Virus record (IMG/VR): IMGVR_UViG_3300017913_002402
Location: 1-30,330 of that record
From: a virus
Lineage: Duplodnaviria > Caudoviricetes
DNA: 30,330 bases
Strand: one strand, 5' to 3'
Every line of letters begins with the position of its first letter. Within the stretch, counting starts at the first letter, position 1. Shown here one piece after another: positions 1 through 7,216 of the stretch. Below the pieces are notes generated by a model. The model was not told the origin of the DNA. It searched no databases and saw only the letters and a program-made list of their open reading frames with translations. A program made the translations under genes and the position numbers.

Positions 1-369
1 CAGTTGCCTGGGTTTGAGAAAGAGTACGAACGTCTAATCTCATTAGGTTTAGATGAAGTTTATTGTATCTCAGTAAATGATGCATTTGTAATGAACGCAT
101 GGGCGAAACAGCAAGAACTACAGAACGTTAAAGTTATCCCAGATGGATCTGGTAACTTCACACGTTACATGGGAATGTTGATTGGCAAGAACCACCTTGG
201 TTTTGGTAACCGTTCGTGGCGTTACATGACCATCATTAACGATGGTGTGATTGAGAAGTGGTGGCAAGAACCAGGCATCAACAATGATGGATCAGACGAT
301 GATCCGTATGGTGAAACCACCCCTGAGAATATGGTTAACTACCTTTCATTAAACCCAAGGAGAATTTGA
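1..369 (+). CDS. Peroxiredoxin, Prx5-like (5' truncated by the window edge); auxiliary metabolic gene
   Basis: The frame is open from base 1 (QLPGFE...). Motifs YCISVNDAFVMNAW, IPDGSGNFT and GFGNRSWRY match Prx5/PGdx-type peroxiredoxins. The peroxidatic Cys motif (FTPTCS-type) would lie just upstream of the window. Confidence 0.9.
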   Translation, partial: QLPGFEKEYERLISLGLDEVYCISVNDAFVMNAWAKQQELQNVKVIPDGSGNFTRYMGMLIGKNHLGFGNRSWRYMTIINDGVIEKWWQEPGINNDGSDDDPYGETTPENMVNYLSLNPRRI

Positions 370-370
370 A

Positions 371-661
371 ATGAGTGACTTGCCACAAACGATCACAGAG
401 AAAGATCGTAAAGTTATTAAGGGTGCACTGAAAGAGATGTCAGACTCTTTCTATCAAATTGAAGCACAAAAAGATCTTCAAAAAGATATCGCACAAAAGA
501 TGTTGGATGAACTGGGAATCCCCAAACGTGAATTCAACAAACTTGCAAAGATCTACCACGCATCAAACTTGGTAGAAGAAGCCGCACGTAATGAAGAATT
601 CATGGAATTCGCAGAAGCAATTTTGATCGGTCCTGAAAACCAGATCGAACATCAATCATAA
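371..661 (+). CDS. T4 DsbA-like double-stranded DNA-binding protein
   Basis: 96 aa, helical. The pattern LKEMSDS..QIEAQKDLQKDIA....ELGIPKREFNKLAKIYH resembles the phage DsbA family. Confidence 0.7.
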   Translation: MSDLPQTITEKDRKVIKGALKEMSDSFYQIEAQKDLQKDIAQKMLDELGIPKREFNKLAKIYHASNLVEEAARNEEFMEFAEAILIGPENQIEHQS

Positions 662-672
662 AGAGGTGCATA

Positions 673-759
673 ATGGGTGAAGCAGTTACAGCAGCAACGA
701 TCCTTGCGCTTATCATTGGTGGATTTGTTTGGATCTGCGTTTCAGAGATGAATAAATGA
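673..759 (+). CDS. 28-aa single-transmembrane peptide (not in ORF track)
   Basis: MGEAVTAATILALIIGGFVWICVSEMNK*. A GAGGT Shine-Dalgarno sits at 663-667, and the stop overlaps the next start (ATGA). Confidence 0.6.
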   Translation: MGEAVTAATILALIIGGFVWICVSEMNK

Positions 760-923
760 TACGTTGGTATGATTATGTAGCAGCATTTATAGTTGCAGAC
801 TTAACAGCTGCACTTTTCTTTGGGTTACCCGGCTTTGGTATGGTTGCTGCATATCTTCTAGTGTTTTATGTTTGGGACTATTATTGCGAGTATCGAAAGG
901 ATCAGGAAGATGTTCACCGTTGA
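756..923 (+). CDS. 55-aa predicted membrane protein (not in ORF track)
   Basis: MIRWYDYVAAFIVADLTAALFFGLPGFGMVAAYLLVFYVWDYYCEYRKDQEDVHR*. It has ATGA coupling to the upstream ORF and two hydrophobic stretches, and it fills the gap between neighbours. Confidence 0.65.
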   Translation: MIRWYDYVAAFIVADLTAALFFGLPGFGMVAAYLLVFYVWDYYCEYRKDQEDVHR

Positions 924-1137
924 ATTTGATCACGACGATATACAAATTCAGATTGTTGATGAGGAAGCAAACCACGAAGATCTGATTGTTAATGCATTCG
1001 ATGACATTGTCTTTATGAGACAGTGGAACGAAGAGTTGAACAGGTTCGAAGTGATATCTATTAGTCCTAGTCAATGGGAAGAACTGATCTCTGCGATAGA
1101 CTCACCTGAAGGTTCTTTCATTGTAGAACGCACATAA
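910..1137 (+). CDS. Hypothetical acidic protein, 75 aa
   Basis: ORF track 868..1137. The more likely start is the ATG at 910 (MFTVEFD...), with AAGGA 8 nt upstream and a short overlap with the preceding gene. Confidence 0.7.
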   Translation: MFTVEFDHDDIQIQIVDEEANHEDLIVNAFDDIVFMRQWNEELNRFEVISISPSQWEELISAIDSPEGSFIVERT

Positions 1138-1161
1138 AAAAGGGAGATCCGAAGATCTCCC
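1136..1161 (-). terminator. Rho-independent terminator for the gp23 transcript, with cUUCGg tetraloop
   Basis: The - strand reads GGGAGATC-TTCG-GATCTCCC-TTTTTT: an 8-bp stem, a UUCG loop typical of T4-like phages, and a U tract. Confidence 0.9.
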
Positions 1162-1179
1162 CAAGTTTGGTACAAAGTG

Positions 1180-1204
1180 GGGCGGTTGATCCGCCCTTCT
1201 TTTT
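1180..1204 (+). terminator. Rho-independent terminator for the + strand unit
   Basis: GGGCGG-TTGAT-CCGCCC followed by TTCTTTTT. Confidence 0.75.
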
Positions 1205-1208
1205 ATTC

Positions 1209-2498
1209 TTAGAACAAGTTTGAAACTCGTACACGGCGGTAGTAGTTGTTTGAATTGATATCCAAATCACCGTTACCTGCAGTTGTACCTTCCGCAAATG
1301 GATTCGCAACCATACCGTAGCGAGTCTTAAATCCGATTTTTGGTTGGAATGAGTTCTCACCCACTGCACGGACCATCTGTAGTGGTACGTATGGGCAGTA
1401 GAACAGACCTGCGTCGAATGCTGATGCACCCTTGTAACCAACTACTAGGTAGTTAGAACCCGCATATGGGTCAATGTACACACGATAACGACCATTTAGT
1501 ACACCTGCGAAAGTGTTACCTGTTGAATCAACTTCTAGTGAGTTGCTGTTCAACGCTGGTGCGTAATCTAGTACACCTGCCATCTGTAGTGCAGACGCAA
1601 CGTCTGAAGAACAGATTACCAAGTTACCTTTACCACGGCGTGTCTGTTTTGCGATCTCGTTTGCTTCAGTTTCGATCTGGAACATTAGACCTTTGAACTT
1701 CTCAACTGACCAACGACCATTTGCGTCTACGTCTAGGTCAAAGACACCTGCTGATGCAGTACCTTGTGCACCTTGCTTCGCAGTTGCATAGATGTTACGC
1801 ACGACTTCACGGTTGATCTCTGTCAGAATTTCTGCTTGCAGGATGTTTGCAAGTTCTGTTTCTGCGTCTAGACCGTGTACCGCTTTAAGGTCTTGTGCAA
1901 GTTCAGTTGTGTACTCTGCTTTCAGTGCACGTGTTTTCGCAGCAACAGTTACTTTCTCAATTGAGAACGCCATCTCTGCAAAGTTGGTTCCGTTACCGTC
2001 ACCTAGTGCTTCACCTTCTGCAGTTGTCATACCTGTACCTGTATCGAATACAGATGTGTTAGGTACTGCGTCACCCATATCACCAGTGTCAGTACCTGCA
2101 CCAGAGAATGTAGTGTCTGCTTCATTGTAGAACGCTTCTGTTCCAGACTGTGAAGTTTGACGTGAACGCATTGCGAAGATCAGACCAGTTGGTCCAGTCA
2201 TTGGTTGTACACCAGCGACATCATATGCGATCAGATTTGGCATAGAACGACGAATCAGTGAAATCAACACTGGATCGTAGTTGTCAACACCAGCACCAGT
2301 TGCGTTTGCAGGTGCCTCAGAAAGCAATGATGACATGTTTACAGATGCATCACCTTCTTGACGTAGCGCTTGCTCTGTGTTTTCCAGAATGGACGCTGTT
2401 ACAGACTTACGATGTTGGTCTGCGATTGGTGAAAAAGATTCGTGCTCAAGGATTGGGCCCCACTTTTCCACAAGTTTTTGATAGTTTGACTCAGTCAT
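1209..2498 (-). CDS. gp23: Major capsid protein gp23
   Basis: Motifs KWGPIL, GVQPMTGPTGLIFAMR, RALKAEYTTELAQDLKAVHGLDAETEL and FQPKIGFKTRYG. A likely gp21 cleavage site is LSE/A. Confidence 0.98.
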   Translation of the reverse strand: MTESNYQKLVEKWGPILEHESFSPIADQHRKSVTASILENTEQALRQEGDASVNMSSLLSEAPANATGAGVDNYDPVLISLIRRSMPNLIAYDVAGVQPMTGPTGLIFAMRSRQTSQSGTEAFYNEADTTFSGAGTDTGDMGDAVPNTSVFDTGTGMTTAEGEALGDGNGTNFAEMAFSIEKVTVAAKTRALKAEYTTELAQDLKAVHGLDAETELANILQAEILTEINREVVRNIYATAKQGAQGTASAGVFDLDVDANGRWSVEKFKGLMFQIETEANEIAKQTRRGKGNLVICSSDVASALQMAGVLDYAPALNSNSLEVDSTGNTFAGVLNGRYRVYIDPYAGSNYLVVGYKGASAFDAGLFYCPYVPLQMVRAVGENSFQPKIGFKTRYGMVANPFAEGTTAGNGDLDINSNNYYRRVRVSNLF

Positions 2499-2536
2499 TT
2501 TTTCTATCTCCTTAGTGTTATTTTAATTACTGAATG

Positions 2537-2544
2537 TATTTATA
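2537..2544 (-). promoter_or_regulatory. T4-type late promoter for gp23
   Basis: TATAAATA on the - strand in the gp22-gp23 intergenic region. Confidence 0.85.
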
Positions 2545-2566
2545 AATTTTATTTTTTCAGTTTAAA

Positions 2567-3535
2567 TTATCTAGATTTTCTTGAGTTGAGAGCCTCAACA
2601 AGAGCATTGATTGAAGGATTCTCAGATGCAGGTTGTACAACTGTTTCCTCTTCGATCATTACTTCGTCTTCCTCGTCAACAACATCTTCTTTTGGAGAAA
2701 CATTAGTTTCTTTGAAGAAAGACTCTTTGATTGTCTGTAGATTCTCTTTGTAAGAGTCTAGATCAGATGAATCTAGATTCTCTGAAAGAGTCTTCAGACG
2801 TTCACGTTGTGACATATTCAGTTCACCTGTCATTTCTTCGAAAATCGCACCCGCTTTTAGATCCGCCACTTCTTTTGCCAAACGGATGTTTTCGTTGACA
2901 ACGTCATTCGACTTTTCTTCCAGCGATTTCATTTCTTCTTCAAGATCAGAAACTACGTCATATGTTTCTTCATCAACTTTGATGTTGTGTTCTGAGAACA
3001 AATCTTTCAAACCGTCCATCAAAGAATCCGCCATCTCTACCTTGATACCAGCTTCGATTGCGACTTCATTTTCTTCCATCCATTCTGAAACGACATAATC
3101 AAGATATGCATCCAAGTTTTCGACCATTTCTGAAACCTTAGATTCAACCGCTTCCGCCAACTCAGTTTCCAGTTTAGTGTTAAGTTCTTCTTCGATCTTT
3201 TCCACTTTACCTTTAACTGCTTCAGTGACTGCAGCTTCAAAAACAACTGTTACCTTGCCCTTGAATTCTTCTGAGAGATCCATGCCTTCGAAGATGTCTG
3301 CGATAGACTCTTCAACGACGATCTCTTCAACAACTTCTACTTCTTCTGCTTCTGCTACAATTTCTTCAGATGCATCTACATCTGCGTCTTCCTTGTAACC
3401 AGCTTTCAGAGTTTCGGATGACTTGTCACCCTTGGCGTTGTCTTTTCTTTTTTTATTTGTCCCACCTTCTGGCGTAACAGGCGCAGCCGCTGTTGAAACA
3501 CCATCGTCAGAGACAATTTTCTTTTCATCTGCCAT
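2567..3535 (-). CDS. gp22: Prohead core scaffold protein gp22
   Basis: Highly acidic coiled-coil protein with LSEEFK...FEAAV and YLDYVVSEWMEEN..AIE.GIK motifs, located between gp21 and gp23. Confidence 0.93.
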   Translation of the reverse strand: MADEKKIVSDDGVSTAAAPVTPEGGTNKKRKDNAKGDKSSETLKAGYKEDADVDASEEIVAEAEEVEVVEEIVVEESIADIFEGMDLSEEFKGKVTVVFEAAVTEAVKGKVEKIEEELNTKLETELAEAVESKVSEMVENLDAYLDYVVSEWMEENEVAIEAGIKVEMADSLMDGLKDLFSEHNIKVDEETYDVVSDLEEEMKSLEEKSNDVVNENIRLAKEVADLKAGAIFEEMTGELNMSQRERLKTLSENLDSSDLDSYKENLQTIKESFFKETNVSPKEDVVDEEDEVMIEEETVVQPASENPSINALVEALNSRKSR

Positions 3536-3580
3536 TGTTTTTCTCCTTAAATCTGATTATGATTTATTTATTACAAAAAG

Positions 3581-3588
3581 TATTTATA
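3581..3588 (-). promoter_or_regulatory. T4-type late promoter for gp22
   Basis: Intergenic TATAAATA; a second variant, AATAAATA, lies at 3565-3572. Confidence 0.8.
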
Positions 3589-3594
3589 AAAAAT

Positions 3595-4281
3595 TCATTT
3601 TCTTAACGAACTAACAAATGTTTCAAACATTCTAGCTGCTGTTGATTCGTCAATACGTTTAGTAATAGTTCTGTATTGCTTCTCAACAGTTTCTTGAATT
3701 TCCTCAATTACTTCCTCGACTGGTTGCTGTGCAATCCAGTTACCAGATGCAACATCGTAGTAGAATTCTGTATTTTCCATAATACCATTTACAAACGCAT
3801 TAGGCGCAGATGGGTCTGTAACGATGTCTACTGTTGCAAGATGAAAGTCCGATTGAACTTCCATTACGCCATTTCTGTTTTTCACAGAACCTAGTCCACG
3901 TGTGGATACTCCGCAACGTACACCTTCGTCGATGAATGTCTTAACGATTTCTCCCATTGGTGTACCAAGGATCTTTGCCTTACCGTGGAAGTTGTCGCCT
4001 TCTCTATGCATTGCAGTGATCAAGTGTGACACACGATCACCGTTAATCTGTGGTCCGTCTGGGTGACCAAGTTCACCAAGCGCACGTTTCGTATCGATGA
4101 ACTCTCTCTGATAACGATTCATTTCTTTATCAAGAACTTCACTAGGATAGATACGTCCGTTGCGGTTCTTTAGGTTACCTTGCATAAAGATACCTTCGAT
4201 AAAGAAACTCTTCTTACCAGTCTCTTCATTCAGTTCGGTAGAGATACCGATATCTTCTGTAATTTCTGAGATCAGTTTCAT
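3595..4281 (-). CDS. gp21: Prohead protease gp21
   Basis: Motifs IEGIFMQ, NRNGRIYP, GELGHP (catalytic His), GVSTRGLGS (catalytic Ser) and DIVTDPSAPNA. Confidence 0.97.
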   Translation of the reverse strand: MKLISEITEDIGISTELNEETGKKSFFIEGIFMQGNLKNRNGRIYPSEVLDKEMNRYQREFIDTKRALGELGHPDGPQINGDRVSHLITAMHREGDNFHGKAKILGTPMGEIVKTFIDEGVRCGVSTRGLGSVKNRNGVMEVQSDFHLATVDIVTDPSAPNAFVNGIMENTEFYYDVASGNWIAQQPVEEVIEEIQETVEKQYRTITKRIDESTAARMFETFVSSLRK

Positions 4282-4311
4282 TGTTCTCGTTTCCTCTCGA
4301 ATATTTTCTTT

Positions 4312-4319
4312 TATTTATA
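4312..4319 (-). promoter_or_regulatory. T4-type late promoter for gp21
   Basis: Intergenic TATAAATA about 30 nt upstream of the gp21 start. Confidence 0.82.
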
Positions 4320-4327
4320 ACTTTTTG

Positions 4328-4561
4328 TTACACTTGTGCATCGTAGTAGTTTTTAGACAATTCGCTCCAAGGGCCGTCATCATTTCCATCGCCCACTTTT
4401 CTACACTTTACATATGTGTATTGGGTGTTACCACCAGTGGGGGTGAACGTTCTAATTCCGTTCGCAACTGTACCATTTGCGTCTTCGTAATACTCACCTG
4501 CAAGGGGAGCATTTCCGTATTCCCACAGATTGTTAGATCCTGGCACAGTCACCCAAGCCAT
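4328..4561 (-). CDS. Hypothetical 77-aa protein in the gp68 position
   Basis: ORF with TAATG coupling to the upstream gene. It is rich in aromatic residues and Gly and does not visibly resemble T4 gp68. Confidence 0.75.
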   Translation of the reverse strand: MAWVTVPGSNNLWEYGNAPLAGEYYEDANGTVANGIRTFTPTGGNTQYTYVKCRKVGDGNDDGPWSELSKNYYDAQV

Positions 4562-5085
4562 TAGTCTTCACTCTCTACCGATTCACCATAACCATATGAT
4601 GATGCATAGTAGTCATAGTCGTCTGAGTCGTTGTAAGAACCACCCATCATACGTTTTGAACCCTCTGCATATGCGTGTAGAGTTTTCATTTGGTTGAAGA
4701 CGTATGCGAGTTTATTCTGATACCACTCTTCAGGATCATCAACCATTTCTAGGTAGTCCATGACTTCTTCTGCAGCATAACAAATGAATTCAAGTTGACG
4801 TTGCATCATAGGGACTTCTTCTGCAGGATTCTCTTGCAGATCTTCTGAAGTCTCTTCTACATCAACGTCTTCTTTGTACGCAACGTCATACGCTTTTTCG
4901 TCTTCCCCTGCAACGTAGTCAGAAAGACGTTTGATTCGAGATTTACCTTGGATCTCACCTGAGAACTGTTCTGGTTCTGCAACAGGGTGGTCAAATACTT
5001 CCACCGAATGTTGGTTCCAGTGTTTTAGTTCTTCTGGGTTGTTTGGCATTGCAACCTCTGAAACTAAGTCTTTAAACGATTTCAT
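4561..5085 (-). CDS. Putative prohead core or internal head protein (gp67 position)
   Basis: Acidic 174-aa protein between portal and protease. The N-terminus MKSFKDLVSE resembles the T4 capsid-targeting sequence. Confidence 0.7.
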   Translation of the reverse strand: MKSFKDLVSEVAMPNNPEELKHWNQHSVEVFDHPVAEPEQFSGEIQGKSRIKRLSDYVAGEDEKAYDVAYKEDVDVEETSEDLQENPAEEVPMMQRQLEFICYAAEEVMDYLEMVDDPEEWYQNKLAYVFNQMKTLHAYAEGSKRMMGGSYNDSDDYDYYASSYGYGESVESED

Positions 5086-5116
5086 TGTTCTGTTCCTATT
5101 ACATTTATTGTAAGTT

Positions 5117-5124
5117 TATTTATT
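5117..5124 (-). promoter_or_regulatory. Late promoter variant (AATAAATA)
   Basis: One mismatch to TATAAATA, just after the gp20 stop and upstream of the 174-aa gene. Confidence 0.55.
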
Positions 5125-5126
5125 AC

Positions 5127-6647
5127 CTATTCGAATTCGTCTTCTGCGTTACCGAATTCATCCTTCTCGACTTCAATTTGTTCACGTTCTTCTTTGAACT
5201 CATCTTCCGACATTTGAAGGATGTTCTTAACAACCCATTGGCGTGAATAGTAGACGCCAACATGTTCTTCAACATCACGAAGAGTGTTCATACGTTCACG
5301 GATAATCTCAGATTGTTTAAGTTCTTCAAAGTAGTTATCCTTGACGAAGTCATAACGGATCTTGTTCTTGATTTCCGCAAACTCTTCTGGGCCCATGACA
5401 CCTTTAAGAATCAATTGTTTTTCAAGGATCACGTTGAAGAGGTTTGAGAAACGTGCACGTACACGACGAATGAATTTACCGAATTTCAATTCGTCACGTG
5501 TGATCTCAGAGACACGACCAAAAGTCGCCATTGTTTCTGGTTCGAGTCTTGAAATCGGAACCTTCAAAGACTTATAGACTTTCTTCAAGAAGTACTGCAT
5601 GTTCTCATCTGTAGACAGAACTTGTGCACCACCACCTGCAAGAGTATCGACTTCAGTTGAACGTTCACCACCTCTACGTGGGAACCAGAAGTCTTCTGTC
5701 ATTGTCATCATCTTCTTCGCATCTGTGATCTCACCAGTGCCAGAGTTATACTGTAGTTTGTTCTTGTGACGAACCATCATATCACGTAGGTATTGTTCTG
5801 CCTTCGCTTTTGGAAGGTTACCCACGTCGATGTAAAAGATTCTACGTTCTGGTGCACGAGTAAGTGCGTAGATGATTGTTGCGTCTTCCAACATGCGAAG
5901 TTGGTTCAGCGGTTTGATTGCAGGATGCAGATGACCAAGGACCATAGAATTGTTTTCATTCATAAGTCCTGAAGTAATACGTGCAACCGAATCTTTAGAA
6001 ATTCTGTGTTGATTCTGAGAACCATTTCCACCTAGTGACGTTGAAGAGTTCCCAAATCCTTGATCCGAAAATAAGAAGTATTCGTTCTTTACTTTCTTTG
6101 TAGGTATGCCTGATGCGTCCTTTGAATTCTTATCAATCTCTCTGACAAGTTTGATCTTGCGTGGATCTACGTAACGCAGTTCAACAACGCCTCGTTTTAG
6201 ATCTTCTTCGTCAATGATGATATGGAAGTTTAGTCTACCGTCGACGTAGAATCTACTGAATAGATCATATGCAGTGTTGGTAAAGTCAAGAAGAGAAAGA
6301 ACATTATCAAACTCTTCTACGATTTTATCTTTTACTTTATCTGGTAGGTCTGTTTCATCCAGTACGCATTCGACAACCTTGTCGTATACGTCTACTGAAA
6401 TTGCTTCGTTAATAACTTCATCAAGTGCTTGAGCGATCTCAGGTTGCATTGCCATGTTACGATACTTGGTGACCAATTCGGATTCTGACTTTGCAGAATT
6501 CTCCATGTCGATCCCAGTACCATAGAAACCACCTAGTGCGTTACCGACTGTAATCGCACCATCTTCATTTGAAGGCTCGACGAAAGAAGCAACTTGTTGT
6601 TGCTCCTCGCCGGTATCCCTCTTTATTTCAAAACCAAAGAGCTTCAA
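5127..6647 (-). CDS. gp20: Portal protein gp20
   Basis: Motifs FYVDGRL, NQLRMLED, RAPERRIFYIDVGNLPKAKAEQY, EDFWFPRRGG and ITRDELKF. TTG start with AGGA upstream. Confidence 0.97.
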   Translation of the reverse strand: MKLFGFEIKRDTGEEQQQVASFVEPSNEDGAITVGNALGGFYGTGIDMENSAKSESELVTKYRNMAMQPEIAQALDEVINEAISVDVYDKVVECVLDETDLPDKVKDKIVEEFDNVLSLLDFTNTAYDLFSRFYVDGRLNFHIIIDEEDLKRGVVELRYVDPRKIKLVREIDKNSKDASGIPTKKVKNEYFLFSDQGFGNSSTSLGGNGSQNQHRISKDSVARITSGLMNENNSMVLGHLHPAIKPLNQLRMLEDATIIYALTRAPERRIFYIDVGNLPKAKAEQYLRDMMVRHKNKLQYNSGTGEITDAKKMMTMTEDFWFPRRGGERSTEVDTLAGGGAQVLSTDENMQYFLKKVYKSLKVPISRLEPETMATFGRVSEITRDELKFGKFIRRVRARFSNLFNVILEKQLILKGVMGPEEFAEIKNKIRYDFVKDNYFEELKQSEIIRERMNTLRDVEEHVGVYYSRQWVVKNILQMSEDEFKEEREQIEVEKDEFGNAEDEFE

Positions 6648-6669
6648 TTTAATTCATCCTATAGTAATA

Positions 6670-7203
6670 TTAAGTTGTAGAGATACCAGTCGCACCCTCA
6701 ACTCGCCAGAAGTCGTATTGGAACGTAACGGTAAACTCTTCGATTTGATCTGTAGAGCTCCAGTCCATTGCGATTTCACTTACGTTAATTGGGTACATAC
6801 CCTCAAATACATAAGTTCTCAGTGGAGATCCATCTTTTGAATATTGTGTAATCAAACCGTTTGATTTGTAATCTTGTGGAAGTGTACGAACGTTTGCATC
6901 GTGTGATGCGATACTGTTCATCCATGATTCCATTGCGTTACGAACCAAGAAGTCTTCATCGTTAATGATTGTCACTGTCCAGTCTGCGAATGTTCTATCG
7001 CCTGCATATTTGACCTCACGTCCAAAGTAAGGTACGGTGTATGACCCGATTGTTGATTCGGGGATACCCGCTGCCTTTGCCATGAAAGGAAACTTGAAGT
7101 CTGCTGCAGGTACGACTGGGTTTGTAATCTGACACTGGAAGAGGGTAGGACGTGCGCCACCCCCTGTCAGTTCTGATTTAAACTCGTTGATGTTAAAAGC
7201 CAT
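6670..7203 (-). CDS. gp19: Tail tube protein gp19
   Basis: Motifs GGARPTLF, AGDRTFADWTVTIINDEDF and IEEFTVTFQYD; GGAG Shine-Dalgarno. Confidence 0.96.
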   Translation of the reverse strand: MAFNINEFKSELTGGGARPTLFQCQITNPVVPAADFKFPFMAKAAGIPESTIGSYTVPYFGREVKYAGDRTFADWTVTIINDEDFLVRNAMESWMNSIASHDANVRTLPQDYKSNGLITQYSKDGSPLRTYVFEGMYPINVSEIAMDWSSTDQIEEFTVTFQYDFWRVEGATGISTT

Positions 7204-7216
7204 ATCTTACCTCTCC

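Noticed and set aside
1138-1208. Absence of gp24 after gp23 as a novelty
   Set aside because: Many non-enteric T4-like phages lack an adjacent gp24, and it could lie elsewhere in the genome.
787-1441. - strand ORFs 787..1074 and 1118..1441
   Set aside because: The first is antisense to better-supported + strand genes. The second overlaps gp23 and runs through the terminators.
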